Part shown: one piece after another, positions 1 through 14,246 of the stretch
Numbering within the stretch: the first letter of the stretch is position 1
Layout: each line of letters starts with the position of its first letter
Source of the DNA: Thalia democratica
Lineage: Eukaryota
Assembly (NCBI GenBank): GCA_965202585.1
Contig: OZ241832.1
Location: 10,106,001 to 10,170,000, forward strand
Length of the DNA stretch: 64,000 nt
Reading direction: 5' to 3'
Notes under the pieces: model-generated
Told to the model about the DNA's origin: nothing
Databases searched by the model: none
Seen by the model: only the letters and a program-made list of their open reading frames with translations
Made by a program: the position numbers and the translations under genes

Positions 1-670
1 TAAAAGTTACATAATATACTATATTCTTTCAAGACTCTTTTATGCAAACTAAGTTTGGTCAAATACCATGTCTTAAATAAAATCTTTTTCAAATAGAGTT
101 CTCTATACACCCCTAGTAGTTAAGACTTGAGATCTCTTTCTTTGTTTTCCAAAAATCAAAACATTACATTGAATATATTTGATAACTTAACATTTTAAAC
201 GAAACTGGTTTTACTTAAAATTTATAGTTTAATAATTATCAAGTTTGCGTGGTATTGACGTATTAGTAAAAGTTAAATAAAGGGTTCTAGAAACAATTGT
301 GGTTTGCTTGCCTTTTTAAAAATCCATAAATTAGTAAAAATTGAAGACAAAAATAAAAGAAAAAATAATCAAATTAAAAGTTTGAGTCTTCAGTTTTATT
401 GTGAAATGGAAATAAGTTCTATTAAAAGATATTAAAAAAAGACTATAGTTTTTGTTGTTATCGTTGAATTTAATATCATAGAGTTATATTGTTAAAATCA
501 AAAGTTTTTAAAAACATAATTTACCTTAACTAAGTTAACTGTGAGGGACTTTTTAACAAACAGTATAATGAATAAAAATGTTTTAATAAATACTGGTTTT
601 TCTAGAAACCTCGCTATCAGAGAGCCAACAACTTTCTTTTATTGCTTGTTAAGAGTTTGAGTGAAGATTT

Positions 671-788
671 ACAGCTACTAGAAAGCCGTTTTAAAATGTC
701 TCTCTGAGGTATGATCGTTTGACTCTTAACATATTCGCTTCATATACAAAACCTTGAAGCAAAATATTGTGAATTTTAGTGTGACGTA
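671..788 (-). repeat. Cassette copy
   Basis: Top strand ACAGCTACTAGAAAGCCGT ... GTGACGTA; spacing 99. Confidence 0.85.
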
Positions 789-2648
789 CGAAAATTAAGA
801 CATTCATTTTGAATAAACTGCTGTTGATAGTAATTAATTAACTCAAAATAATTTTATTAATTTAAGAAGTAAAGATAAAAAAAATTGTTTTATAATCAAA
901 TGTTACTTAATATCCTTTTTTTACGAAAAAAACTAAACTGAATTTAAAAACAGTTACTATCGGTTAAAATTAGTCTAATAAGATATAGTTTATAAATAGT
1001 TAAAAAATACTGTTTTGTATAGATCTAGTAGTTTATTTTTTTGGTTATTGATTTTAAGCAATATAGTTTTTTTTAGCTATTGTGATACTTCTTAAACAAG
1101 CATAAAAAATTATCAATTAAAGTATTTTAATTTAAACTTGTTAGAATAAATTTTATATATCTAATTAGTTTTTAATATCTAATTATAATGATTTTATTGC
1201 CATATTAGTTATTAAGTGTTTTATACTTATTTTTACATACAAGTGTCAAAACAATATATACTAACTAACAAAATTTATTTTATGATTTATCTACGGAACT
1301 TTATAAAAAATTTAAAAAAATCAAGTTCTTTGTCAGTTAAAAACTTATTAGATCGGTAGGGTAGGTAAACAATTTAAATATGTTTGTCTGGCTTATTTGT
1401 TGTGTAGTGGTCATTTTATTTCAATATTAGTTTGAATTGATGAAAACTCTATCTAACTAATTACAATAACGTAAACAAACTGTTTTAACTAAATACAAAA
1501 ATATCACAATATTTTCTACAACTCTTTGTCTATCTATAACAAGCAACACCCATTGTGGTTAAACATATTTATAAACTAAAGTTTTGAAACCAACTAGTTT
1601 TTTCGTAGTTTTAAATTTATTTTTTGTCATATTATGAAATCTTTTTCAACAATGAACTGACAAAACCGATCTTCTCAGCAGTAGTTGCAGATCGGTTTAA
1701 ATCTTACTATCAGTTGCTTATGTTATACAAAAGAATCATAAAATGATAAACAAAATAATAGTTTAATATTTGAGTTTATAAATTACAATTCTAGTTTCAC
1801 ACAATCAAGTATAGATTCCGAAGTGGTAATTGTTCGTCTACGAGTTTTGAGTTGAAATAAATGTATTATAAAAATAAAAGCTTGGTAGGTTAGGAAACTT
1901 GTTGCTGCTTGTTTGGTTTATTTTGTAATTAAAAGATCGTAAGTTAATAAAATTATAAAATTGGTTCGGAAGGTTAGATGTTTATAAAATTTTAAGGTTT
2001 TTAGAAAATAAATATACAAAACTTACGTTTAAACTGCTAAGGTTTGTATTTAAAGTTGTAAACTTAGTTTGCTAAATAATAAAAACATAGTATAATTTCA
2101 GTACAGATTTAAAATAATAAGTTTTATCTAAAATTTAATTGAAAATCTAATTTGGTTTCGATATTTATAATTTGTTTTGTAAATAAAACTTGTTGGTACT
2201 GATAATCGGGTAATATAAATTTAGTAGATGTTAATTAAAGTACATTACATCAAACAAACTATACTACAAGTTATAAAAATAAGTATCGTTACTTTAATTT
2301 GCAGTTAGAGCACTTTTAAGAATTGGTTTATAGAAAGACTAAGTGTTGTAAATTAATTTACATCATTTTTATAGACTTATGGATAGAAATCTATCATTAA
2401 GTGCATGTTCAAACTAAATAGAACTATTTGTGTTCCTTTTAATGAGTCGAGCTTCTAAACTATCTAAACCTGATAAAATTTAAGATAAGTATACATTTTA
2501 AATTAGTATGATTTTTTGTCGAAAATGGTTTTATCTAACAACTAAAAATAATTGGAACTTGATCTATTTATTTTTGATTTTGAGTTAATGTTTAGTAAGT
2601 AATTAATAAAGTGTGAATAAAGAAGTTGTAAATTTGAAGAAGTTAATT

Positions 2649-2767
2649 GCAGCTATCAAAAAGCTGTTTAAAATTTTGATTTCGGAAACTTTTATTCAAA
2701 TTTAGTATATTATCAGTTTATAATTAACACAGTGAAGTTACATGTTGTGGCTTTAAAAACTGACGTA
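2649..2767 (-). repeat. Cassette copy
   Basis: GCAGCT-N7-AGCTGT ... ACATGTTGTGG ... TGACGTAAG; spacing 100. Confidence 0.88.
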
Positions 2768-3938
2768 AGTCATTAAGAATTTAAAAAGTTATGTCCATTA
2801 AAAGTTCTAAGAAACTTCGTTTTAATTTTCTTCAAAGGCCTCGTTTAAAAAAAAAAGTTTGGGAAATCCTGTTTTACACTATGAATTGCTTACAATTTAA
2901 ATATCTCTTGAAGCTACATCTTTTGGTTTTGTATGTTGAATTAAGCATTTTAGAGACTTAAATTTAAAATCAGTAACTGCTGGTGAAAAAAATTATAACT
3001 GGAAGAAAAGTATCAGCATGTAGTTTTAAATAAAACAAATCATTGTAAAGAACAAAAAATGTTTTTTTGGAATTTCGGAAAACTGTTTTGAGATAGCTTA
3101 GAAGATTTTTTTTTACAATAATATCCCATAACTATTCACACGCTTTTTAATTTTAATATGAAATGTTTATTTAATTACAATTTAATTATTCAAAACGTTT
3201 AGGCCATAAATAAACATTTGTGTGAAACTCAGTAAAATATCTTTAATATAGGTTTATATAAAATTATTCTGTGTAGTATTTCATGTATACTTTTATGATC
3301 CTTGCATTTTAGATCATTTAATAAAAACCTATATATACAGTTTGAAACATTATATGTTAATGAATATAACTTACAAATTTCGCTCATTAAAATAATACAT
3401 AAAAACTTATAAACAAAATTACTATTTAAATTTATTATTTTCGCGTAGTAGTGATATTTAGTAATATGTCTTTTTTTTGTAAAATAACTTTAAATGATAT
3501 AATAAAAATTTTTGTTATAAAAGTTGTTAATTATAAATACAAGTAACTATATAGAATATAGTTATAATAATTTCCAATTTTATATTTTTTTTAACAAATA
3601 CTAACAATATAAGAATACAAAAACATTAAAATAAATATAACCGGTAGGTGTCAAGTTTGGCGTACAAAACTGCGAGAAAGGACAAAATTGCACGAGAGGG
3701 GACAAAATACCCAAGAATGCAAACATAAATACCAGCAGATTGATCAGTTTCAGATAAAACAGCAACTACAAGCTTTAAGTAGAAAGCCTCGAGTGTTTTA
3801 ACATAAGATAAAACTAAAATTTTAAATTAGATATTTATTTTTTCTTTCAGTTAATAAAACAATTAAATTAATAATATATCAATTTTTGTCACTAGCAGTT
3901 GCTGATTTTAAACTTTAGTCTAATACCTTCCAATTGCA

Positions 3939-4059
3939 TACGTCACTTTATAAAACCAATTCATGTAGCTTCAGCATTTTTATATATACGAAATGCACTT
4001 AAAACTATTTAGTTTTTACCTTGTTATTAAATTGTTTAAAACCGCACTCGAGTAGTTGT
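3939..4059 (+). repeat. Cassette copy (degenerate palindrome)
   Basis: TACGTCACTTTATAAAACC..CATGTAGCTTC ... ACCGCA-N7-AGTTGT; spacing 102. Confidence 0.65.
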
Positions 4060-5581
4060 AATTAATTATAACATTTTTTGCTTGAAATAGGTTTTAGTAC
4101 GATTGCTCAAAAATTGATATATGTAGTTTAGCAAAAGTATATTTCATTATCAACTTTTTATCTCTGTACTTGATCATGGAACTTAACTTATTTATCTATA
4201 AAGCTAAAGCTTGATATTACTATTTAAATAATTAAAAAAAAATAATTGTTAATTTTCTTGACTTAACTATGTATATATATTTTTAAATGTTTTAAAAGGT
4301 TTAAATATTAATTACCCGAGCAAAATTTAAAAATAAATTTAGTTTTACACTAGATTAATTTTTAAATATTTCAATTTGTTTTTAAAATAAAGTTTATCAG
4401 CACTATTGTAGGTTGATAAAATTATCAAAATAGAATTTGTTTGTAGTTAAGTATTATAAGTAATTTTTATTGTTACGATTAAAAGAATAAAAATGGTAAT
4501 ATTTTACAAAAAATAAAAAGTTTTTTAGTTAAGTTATGTAGAAATACTTCGATGATTAATATATTATATTTCATAAAAATATAATTATATATGACTTTTG
4601 AAACTTTGTACAAAGTGCTTGGTAAACAGAACTTACACGTTCTTTTGATTTAACGAACTCTTTAACTCAAAAATTAGGTTATTAGGACAATCTTATAATG
4701 TTTTTGTAAAAAACAAAGATGTAAACCTTCATATACATTAAATAACTTCGCTTAACAGTGCTAGACAGAAAACAAAAAGTTTGTAATATATAAAACTAAA
4801 TGCTTTAAAATATCATTATACAACTAGTATAATTAATTTATAATCCTTCTTTCACACAACTAAACATGGTTTTAAAAAGGGTATTTTATGTTATGAGTTT
4901 AAACTTAAGTATATGTATTTTAAAACAAAAAGCTTATCAGATAAAAAAAATATTGTTAGTTAAGTTGTTTTATTTTAGTAATTAATATTAAGCTTATTAT
5001 CAACAAAATTTGTTGCAAATAATTAGACATGTGAAAAGTATTAAGAGAATGAAAATAAAAATAAAACTTTATTTACGCTGAAACTAGTAATGTTTGTAAT
5101 TAATGTTCTACACTTTGTTTGTTTAATAACAAAAGCATTTGGTAATACTTGAAAATAACAATTTTTATTTGATATTAAATTGCAAATAATGAACTTGTTT
5201 TTAATATTCATGTTGTTTTTTGTAAATAGAGCTGTTATTAAAAATTAGGTAGATGTTACGTTTTTTATATGAATATTTTTTATATTTAGTTTTAGAAATA
5301 TGAATGTAATTCTTTTGCTATCTATTATACAAATATAAAACTATCTAAATTTTAAATTCAAATATTATTCAGAATTAAAACTCAGGTAATATGTCTGTTG
5401 AAGTTTTAAAAACTACTTAGTTATTAACAAAAATGTCAAAATAACATTTGGCGTATAAGTATATGTCTTGTTATGTACCCTATTTAAGTTTAAAAATCTT
5501 ATATAAGAGAAAAACAAAAAACTATACATTTTATTATCCATATTTTACTGATCATTTTAAACTTGGAATTTATCAATTGCC

Positions 5582-5697
5582 TACATCACATCAAAATATC
5601 ACATCAAGTTCCTTCAACGTGATGTATAAAATCCGACTAATGCTAAGTTATGATGCTAAATTATATTTATCTTGTGGTTGTTTCCATAAATAGCTAT
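5582..5697 (+). repeat. Cassette copy (degenerate)
   Basis: TACATCACATCAAAATATCAC; flanks homologous to the 17841 copy; palindrome mostly decayed. Confidence 0.55.
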
Positions 5698-6075
5698 ATG
5701 TTTGCCTTAGTTTATTCAAATAAATATTTTTTTCTGTTGTACAAGCGCAGTTATAATACGGTTCAGAATTAAGCATACTTACATTTATTAATACATTTAA
5801 CAAGAGTCATGCCATTAATTTTTTTGTGCAAGTTTGTTTAGAAATTTTAGCTGCTTGTTATGAGAATTTTTTCAATTTTAAAAACAAAAAATATTGAATA
5901 AACTTGTTAACTAGCCAAAAAATCTAGTTTCAATTATCTTTTAGCAATTAGGTATCAACCAGTGTCGCATGCACGTGATAATCATAGTTTTTAAAATTAT
6001 GAAATTTTTTTTTAGTAGTTAAGTAACAAAAGAGTTATCTTAGCAGCATTCTATCTAAGTTTTCTTTAATGTTCT

Positions 6076-6176
6076 TATGTCACGTTATAAAATCACATGA
6101 TGTATCTTTGACGTGAAAATTCAAAATTGATTTAACATAAGTAGTTCATAATATCAAACAGCCTATTATTAGTTGT
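6076..6176 (+). repeat. Cassette copy (shortened spacer)
   Basis: TATGTCACGTTATAAAATCAC ... ACAGCC-N7-AGTTGT; spacing 82. Confidence 0.6.
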
Positions 6177-7864
6177 AATAAACTCTAATAAAATGCTGTT
6201 TTAAAGCAGACTTTTTACAAAATCAGAAAGCTTACAATAATCTCAGAATGCTTAAAATAACTAGAAAATTAAACAACTCTCTTCTCAATTCTAATAACTT
6301 TTTAAACTAATGCTAGGTTAAAATTTCATTTTAAAACATGTTTACAGCTAATTAGGTCATACTTGAAATATTTCGGATAAGTTACTTAATATACTTATTA
6401 ACTGCAAAAAATAATTTAAATCAAATTCGAGTTGTATTATTAACTTTATTGTTTGAATTTACAATGTCAAAACCGTTTTCTTATTAAATAAAAACGTTTT
6501 AGTTGTAGTTTTATTAATTTATTTAAAATTCACTTCCGAACAACCAGATTTAAATCAGCATCCAATGCAAGGTTTGATAATTTTATATTTTCAAAGATCT
6601 AGTTGAATGATAAACTAAAAAGATATATTTTCTTACCAGCAGCTACTGATTTATTTAATTTTTCTGACATGTTTTATTCACTTGATGATTCTATATGTAG
6701 AATATAAAGTTTTTTAGTTAATACGTTTGTTAGATTTTTTTTAACTCTATTTATTTACCCATAATTTTAAATAGCTTGCCGGTATTTGGATTATTAAAAT
6801 AAAACTAATTTTAACTGCTATTTTAAAACAAGCTAAATAGTTCGATTTTAGAAAACCTACAATGTGTTGTAAAGTATTAAACTAAATAAAAATTTTCTTT
6901 TTATTTTTTAAAGTTCGTCCTTCAAAAAAATGTAAATTTCTATGAACTTACTGTTTACCTTCTAGCAACAACTTTAAGTTATCGAAATGTTGAACAAATT
7001 GCTCCTCAATTATTTTAATATTAAAAGTGTGAGTATCAGTTTGACTATATAAGTAAAAATTTACAATTACTGCCTGTTTGTTCATACTTAAAATAAATTA
7101 ATCAAAACCAATTAAAAAATTAAAAAAGTTTACAAAAAGGTAAAAGTAAGAATAAGTTTCCTACAATCTATCGTTAAATCAAACATACAGTTTAATAACA
7201 AAAACAATTTTAATGAATTAATTAAACTAGTTTCTAGTTTTACACCCTTTTTAATCAAAATAAACTTTAAGAGTTATATAACTATTGAGTTTTATTGTAA
7301 TGCATCAAAACAAATAGTTTAGGAAATTATTTCTTACTTGTTTGTTTGTTATATAAGTTTCTGTGTATAATATACCATAGTAATATGTACAATATATGAT
7401 TTTTATTGTAAATAAACTCAATTTAGACAGACTGATATTTAGATAATCTTTAAATAAACAAAAAATTTAAAAACATACTAGGTAAAATGAGCTTTATTAT
7501 TAAATAAACTAGAGTAAAACTTAAAGAAACTAATTAACATAAAACTAACAACAAAAACACTAAAATACAAAAGTTGTAATACACTTTGATTGTGTAGTGG
7601 ATGTGAATATTACTACAAGTAACAAATAAATGATAGTAATCTCTATTTGTTGTTAAACTAAAACGAGTTTAGTAGGGTTTAATAACTTTCACATGTTAAA
7701 GATTTTGTATGCAGCATCCTATTCTAATCGAGCTAATTTGGCAGGCTTTCTAATTCAACTAAGAAATTATATAGTTTTTATCAACTATGATACCCTTGTT
7801 TTGCTACAAATTTTAGGATCAAAGAGCAAAGTGCTTTATAGCTTTAATGGGATTTCATTAAATT

Positions 7865-7981
7865 ACAACTACTAAACAGTTAGATAAAATTGTTTTGGCA
7901 TAACTGACATCGACAACAAATCTTACCTGGTTTCTTCACAAAATGTTGAAGCTTTATGTTGTAATTTTAAGATGTGACGAT
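7865..7981 (-). repeat. Cassette copy
   Basis: ACAACT-N7-AGTTAG ... TGTTGAAGCTTTATGTTGTAATTTTAAGATGTGACG; spacing 98. Confidence 0.7.
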
Positions 7982-8754
7982 ATCATTTTAGGTATATTTG
8001 TGTCAGTGACTGATAGTGAGAAAAACAAGTTAGTTTTACTATGAAATAACTTTATTTGTTCATTATAAGAAATATCGGTTGTATTCAAAAAAAATATTTT
8101 GATAAGTTTTCTAAATAAACACAAAAACCGACTACTGGTGAGTTAAATTAATTTTTTCTTACTCTAACTTTTAAAAGTAATTTAAATCATAACTTTTATG
8201 TTTTTGTGGGAAAAAAAATACTATATGTCGAATGGTAAAGTAAAGTAAAGTTTGCTTAATATTTAATGTAGTTATTATTTTTTTGTATTAGACTAAAATA
8301 TCTAAGTAAGTGATGAAAATAATTTTTAAACCAAATTATAGAAATGTGGATTATCAAGAATATAAACAGTTAGTGCAAAATTAAAAGAATATCTGGCTTA
8401 ATTTAAAAATAATTAAAAATCACATAATTGAGTATGTACACATTGTAAATTAATAATACTAACAATTACTACGTGTAGATAACAAACACATCAAAATTTT
8501 GTTATATGACGAAATGACTAACATTAAATAAAAATTTTCTTAAAAATTAACGGTTTTGATGTGTTTATTTTAAAAAGATTTTTTGTTTATTTCGCGGTCT
8601 ATTTTTGGTAGTTGAAAAATTTAAATAAAATTTATGTTAGAAAATATTTAGAGTGATTAAACTGGTATGGATTAAAGTAGGGTTGCTACATTTCTACTTC
8701 TTTGTATAAAACTGCTTTAAAACGAAAATTAGCATTATATAACTTTAGAAGATT

Positions 8755-8863
8755 GTAGCTAATAAAAAGGTGTTTGAAAATTCCAACATTGCGACAGCAC
8801 AATCAACTTTGTACAAACACAATTGAGGATCGAAACTACATCTTACACATACAAACAAACGTA
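8755..8863 (-). repeat. Cassette copy (degenerate)
   Basis: GTAGCT-N7-AGGTGT ... GAAACTACATC ... ACGTAAGCAA; spacing 90. Confidence 0.55.
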
Positions 8864-9626
8864 AGCAACTAAGAGTAAGATTTAAATAGATCCACAACTG
8901 CTGCCGAGTAACCTTTTTACTCAGTTTATTATTAAAGAAGATTTCATAATTTAGAAAATATATATAAAACAACTGTTCATGAAATTAATTTTTAAAACTT
9001 AAAATTGAAAGTATGTAAGCAATGTAATATATTTTTGTAAGAGATGTGCAAACAGTTGTAGAAAATATTGTTATCTGCGTTTACTTAGTTAAAGCATATT
9101 ATTATTATCATAGTTGGTTGCGATAAACCAAACTGAATCATAGAAACCTATACAAACAATAAACAAGAAATAGTAAAAAAGTGGCTAACATAAAGTTATT
9201 TTTGTAAAATACTTTATACAATATAATTGGCTAGGTCCACATTGGATACAACTATTTTTGAAAAAAAACATCATTTAAGTTTAGTTGAATGACAAAATAG
9301 CAAACAATAATAATCTAAGACTTTCAAAAAAGTTATTGCAGTTAATAAACGAATTTTAGCAGGCTTGTTTGATTAAATTTCGCAGACTTTTTGGTAGTTC
9401 TGAGGTTTAAATATAATTTATGAATTTAACTCTATAAGTATGTCAAACTAAGAATTAAGATAAATTTTGAAAAAAAATTACTCTATTGATTCAATTTTAT
9501 TAAGTTAGTTTAAAAGAATAATATTATTTATTGTATTAATTATACACAAGTTTTCGGAATCGTACTTCAAGTTAATATTAAAATTATTCTGAATGGCAAG
9601 TTAACATCGTTTTAATTTAGTGAGTT

Positions 9627-9743
9627 ACAGCTACAAAATAGCTGTTAGAAACTAACATCGGCATACAACTAGCACACTAATAAACAAAGTAAGTTTATAG
9701 ACAATATGTTTGGAATATATATCGTGATTTTGAAAAGTACGGA
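9627..9743 (-). repeat. Cassette copy
   Basis: ACAGCT-N7-AGCTGT ... GTGATTTTGAAAAGTACGGAAGCAATT; spacing 98. Confidence 0.75.
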
Positions 9744-9946
9744 AGCAATTAAGAGAGATATCATAATAATATAAACAATTGAGATATATATATTTTTGTA
9801 AAACTTTTCAATAGTTAGAACAGTTTACAGACGTATACTTCTATATACAAAAATAAATCTAAACTTTAACTCAACAAAAACAAGTTGCATATTTTCCTTA
9901 TTATATAAAGATATTTAACAATTTTGAGAAACATTTTCATCTAGTG

Positions 9947-12400
9947 TAGGGGTGGGCAACGTAAATAGTTGACGGGTCGGATCCAAAAAAAAATAGTCCC
10001 AAGCGGGCCGGAGCATTTCGAAATAGTGATCTACCGGTTTCAGCTGGATTCTTTTTTAGATCCGGATCCTAATTTAAAAATATTATTCTGACCCGGTTAA
10101 ATACTAATTTTAAACAAAGATGCGGATCCGAATGGAAGCTAATTTGAAAAAGATTTTAATCCAGCTGGATGCTATTTGATCGGGTATTTCAGAACTTTGA
10201 ATCAGTATTTTAATTACCAGGGTTCTCAAGTATGAAATTTTGTACCAATTTTTATTAAGTATTCATAACTCTGTATTTGTTATAACTCTGGACCGAATTA
10301 ATTCTAGATAGTCTTATAAAAACAATAACTTACTTAGTAAAAAATACTCGAGCCTAATTTTTCAAGCTAAAACAATAAAGAATTGTTAACTATCCGAAAT
10401 TGTCTAATTTTGAAAATCTTTGGCTGAAGTTTTCATTAATAATAATATTCAGAAGTTAACTAACATTACAAACTTAAACTACATACTAACTTTTAATTTG
10501 AACAAATTAATAAAGATTTATTAAATATTTTTGCACGTATAAAAGAAACCAAACTACAAATAGTTCTGATTTAATAAACAGTTTTACCATAAAAAGCGAA
10601 AAAATAAAATAAAAAGATCTCGATGAAACACTTAAGGTTAATCATATATTACAGTTGTTTAAATCTAGTTGCAAGACGGTTTGGGAAAATCTGCAAGTGT
10701 ACTAAAATACCGATTAGGTTTGAAAGTAGCTTATCCTTGCTAATAATTATGGTCAGAAATGATTGTTTTCAAATGTATGAAGTCCAAAACAAAACAACTA
10801 GTTTTATGGTCATATTTTGAAGTTTACAAACTTTGGCTCGTTTAATAATAGATAAAAACCTATCTTAAAATCTACTAAAAGCAACAAAATTATATGTTTT
10901 ATTTAAATTGTCATATCAAAATATTTAAAAAACAGTTAAACCTAAATAAAAATATACTTTGCCTTAAAGTTCCAGTACTTATATTTTCAAAATATCAAAC
11001 AGTAATGATCAACTTATGAAACTTAACTAAGTTCTGTACTCTAAAAGTAATATTATCAAACAAGTTATCTAAAACACTTTTATAAAAGTATAACATAAAA
11101 TAACGAAATACTAAAATTTAAAAAGAGATTAATTTATAATTAAACATGATAACCATATTAATTTAGTAGACTTTTGGACTAAGATCAGTTTCACTAATGA
11201 AAAAAGTACTAAACAGAAAACTAACATATAAAACTGTCATATAATATTTTAAATGTAAGGTTAATGAGTTTAGCAAGAATAATTACACTAAAAAGAAGTC
11301 AAAGAAACAATTTCGGATCATCAAAGGTTTTAACAAGCTGTTTAAAATCTTAAAAGTATATTCGAAGTAGATACTCTCAGTAATGACTGCTGATTGGTAT
11401 TAGTAAGACTTGAACGCAGCTAACTTTTGTTTATATACATGGTTGAGATTGTTTGTTCGCAAGTATATGTAGACCAAAACAGAACAAGTAAATTCATTGC
11501 CATCTTTTTTAAATTAACATATTTTGACTTGTTAAGTAGGGCGTAAAATCTGTCAAACTTTTAAGGTTCTTTTTAGTGTACTGTCACATTGAAGTTTAGC
11601 AGTTCTAACTGTATATTACTAGGTGCATTTTCGGTGTCAAACGTCAACTATGGTGACACAATATTAAACTCTTCTATTAGTTGTTGAAAGTCTGCAAAAC
11701 GACGACCAAATTCATTATCAAGTGAAACTATTGTCATCAGTTGGTCATCACTAAACTTAACCATATAATTAATCAAAAAGTCATAAATAAAAAAAAATCA
11801 ATAGCAGAAAAAAGTGTAAATTGTAGTCTCAACTTAAAATATTCTATTAAAATTTAATGTTGATCAGTTTGACTTAAAATAATTGTCAGAGCTTAAAATA
11901 TTTTTTTTTACTTTTCTAAACAACTCAATACACATCTGAGAAAGACAGGTCCATTTTTTAACACGTTCATTTTTTATGAAAGTCATCATGGTAGGTAAGA
12001 TCATCAAAGCTAGTTAAGCAAACAACTGTTTTTGGATAATTTGAGAAATGATTACTTCAACTGACACTAAACAGAAAAAGATACTTTAACTAAAGAGTGT
12101 TTTTATCACTACAAAAATAAAAAGCCAGTTTTACAAACGTTGTCAAGGTCAAAGTCTTACATTTTTGTTTTATTGAAATAAATATAAAAAGTTTTTTTAC
12201 AAATTTTGTAATATTTACATTGGTTAGCCGGATTTCATATAAACTTTGAAAATGCTTAGCGGGCCGGATCATCTACTCGCGGGCCGGATCAATTTTGTCC
12301 GCGGTCCGGATGCCATTTAAATTTAAAAAAGGTTTGGGGGCCGGTCATTTTTACTTCGCGGGCCGGATCCGGCCCGCCGGCCGTACGTTGCCCACCCCTA
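9947..12400 (-). mobile_element. Defective hAT DNA transposon (Buster/SPIN, GTF2IRD2-like transposase remnant)
   Basis: 17-bp perfect TIR TAGGGGTGGGCAACGTA/TACGTTGCCCACCCCTA; perfect 8-bp TSD ATCTAGTG (9939-9946, 12401-12408); subterminal GCGGGCCGG repeats. Minus strand ~11330-11750 translates, with stops and frameshifts, to EFGRRFADFQ...ENAPSNIQLELL...LFWSTYTCEQTISTM..NKS*LRSSLT, the hAT C-terminal dimerisation region. Confidence 0.93.
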
Positions 12401-12507
12401 ATCTAGTGGAAAAATAAACTAAGAACTCTGCAAAGGCCTTGTTTGGCTAAGTACAAATTTCATTTACAGAAGATTCTTACAGCTATGAGAAAATCTAAGT
12501 TAATTTT

Positions 12508-12622
12508 ACAGCTAAAATAAATCTCTTTAAAACAGCCAGACTGATAATGACCTAAATTTATTAACACACTCGGTTTGAGTACAAAGCATCGAAGTCACAT
12601 CTTTTTTTTATAAAGTCAGGTA
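12508..12622 (-). repeat. Cassette copy (degenerate)
   Basis: TTACAGCT ... ACACTCGGTTTGAGTACAAAGCATCGAAGTCACAT ... GTCAGGTA; spacing 96. Confidence 0.6.
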
Positions 12623-13083
12623 AAAAATTGAAAGATTATATTTACTTCAGTGACTGCTAGTAAGAAAAACTAATTGATTTTTTATAGTTTTGTTATTTCA
12701 TTGTGGTGCAAAATACATTATTACAAATTATTTAATGTTTGTTATTACAAACAAAAACAATAAGTACTTTTAGTTTAGACTTGCTTAAAAACTAGTTTTT
12801 GATGAAATAAAATTAATAAAGGTATAAATTTTTTTACCAACTCACATTAAACACGTGAATACAATTTTCAATAAAATTATTAAATCAAATTTCTTTTTTT
12901 TTTTTATTAATTGCTTGAAAATTGAATCCAAGTTTTAGGTTGTGAAATCTAACAACCAACATTTAAGAACTAGCAAGCAAAATTCACATGGTGATTACAA
13001 TAGATTAATGATAGATCATGGTGTTTATTATTTCAATCTTCCAAACTGTGCTCTTAAGCAGACAACTTACTTTTTTAAAAACC

Positions 13084-13202
13084 GCAGCTAAATCAAAGCT
13101 GTTAAAAATTATCCTTTAAAAACAATGAACTGGCTTTATATAGTACTCGGTTTTTATGTAAAAAGGTTAAAGCTACAGGTAATGAATTTTTAATGTGACG
13201 TT
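13084..13202 (-). repeat. Cassette copy
   Basis: GCAGCT-N7-AGCTGT ... ACTCGGTTTTTATGTAAAAAGGTTAAAGCTACA ... AATGTGACGT; spacing 100. Confidence 0.85.
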
Positions 13203-14125
13203 GGTTAACAAGAATTATAAAGTTTATAAATCTACAGATGGAATGTGAGAAGTTGTAATCTTTTAAGTATTTTATTTCTTAAAATGACTTTTTGCTACAA
13301 CTTTTTGGTATTTCGTTTTGTAGGGTACTACCTAATTTTTTATTTATTGTTTAATCTTATACTTTGGTTTCAATTTGTTTACTTAAACATAAATTAAAAA
13401 AAAAGAGAGAAACGAAGATATTTTCACCTAATTTAGTCCTGGAAAAGACCTTAAAAGGTATAAAGTTGATTCAATAACTAAATACTATCTCGTTGACCAT
13501 GTCCCAGGTCCAAATATTTGTATTCTTTAAATTATTAAATCATGTTATTTACAAACTTATGGTTTTATGAAATTGGTGCGATGAACCTTTTTTTAAACTT
13601 GATCTTGTACTTGAGCATACGTAAGTCCGAGCTTCTGCTATGCAGACTTTCGCTGATGTTTTCGCTGGTTCTAACAAATTTAACGGACAATTTTAAGCAC
13701 TAATAATACCAACAGTTCTATTGTAATTTACACACTCGGATTAAAAAAACCAAAAACATAATTTCTACACAATCAGGTCAGTTGCTTATTAATAAGCTAC
13801 TTAATATCCATACCTGAGCTATTAGTAAAGCTTTGAAACTCTGTTTGTGTTCTAGATGGATATGGCATAGAGAACACAGTATATTTATACAATAAATTTT
13901 GTTATAAAACTTGGGATCTGAATTAAACTAACATCTATTAAAGCTAAGAAACTTATATATCAAAATTGTTTTTGTATGAATCAAGCTTTAACTTAATTGA
14001 GCAATTAAGGCAAGATTTTTAGTTTTGTTGAAGATACATTTAAAATGTTTTAAATAGATGTTGCTTAGTTCGCATTTCTTGTCCGCATTAAAAAGCAAGA
14101 TCAAATGGAAGATTTTTAGTATTTT

Positions 14126-14246
14126 AGAGCTACTAGAAAGCTGTTTAAAAATGTGAGCTAGGTAAAGGCTGTTTTTGAAGGTCACATGAGAATTGTATAC
14201 TATTCGTTAAAGCCGCATATTATTGAATTAAGAGAAGAATTACATA
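14126..14246 (-). repeat. Cassette copy (proximal block decayed)
   Basis: AGAGCTACTAGAAAGCTGTTTAAAA intact; upstream block weak. Confidence 0.6.

Noticed and set aside
13815-13878. GAGCT-N8-AGCTT palindrome-like site plus TGTGTTCT/AGAACACA stem
   Set aside because: Wrong spacer length and no proximal block at the expected distance; the 8-bp AT-rich stem is plausible by chance.
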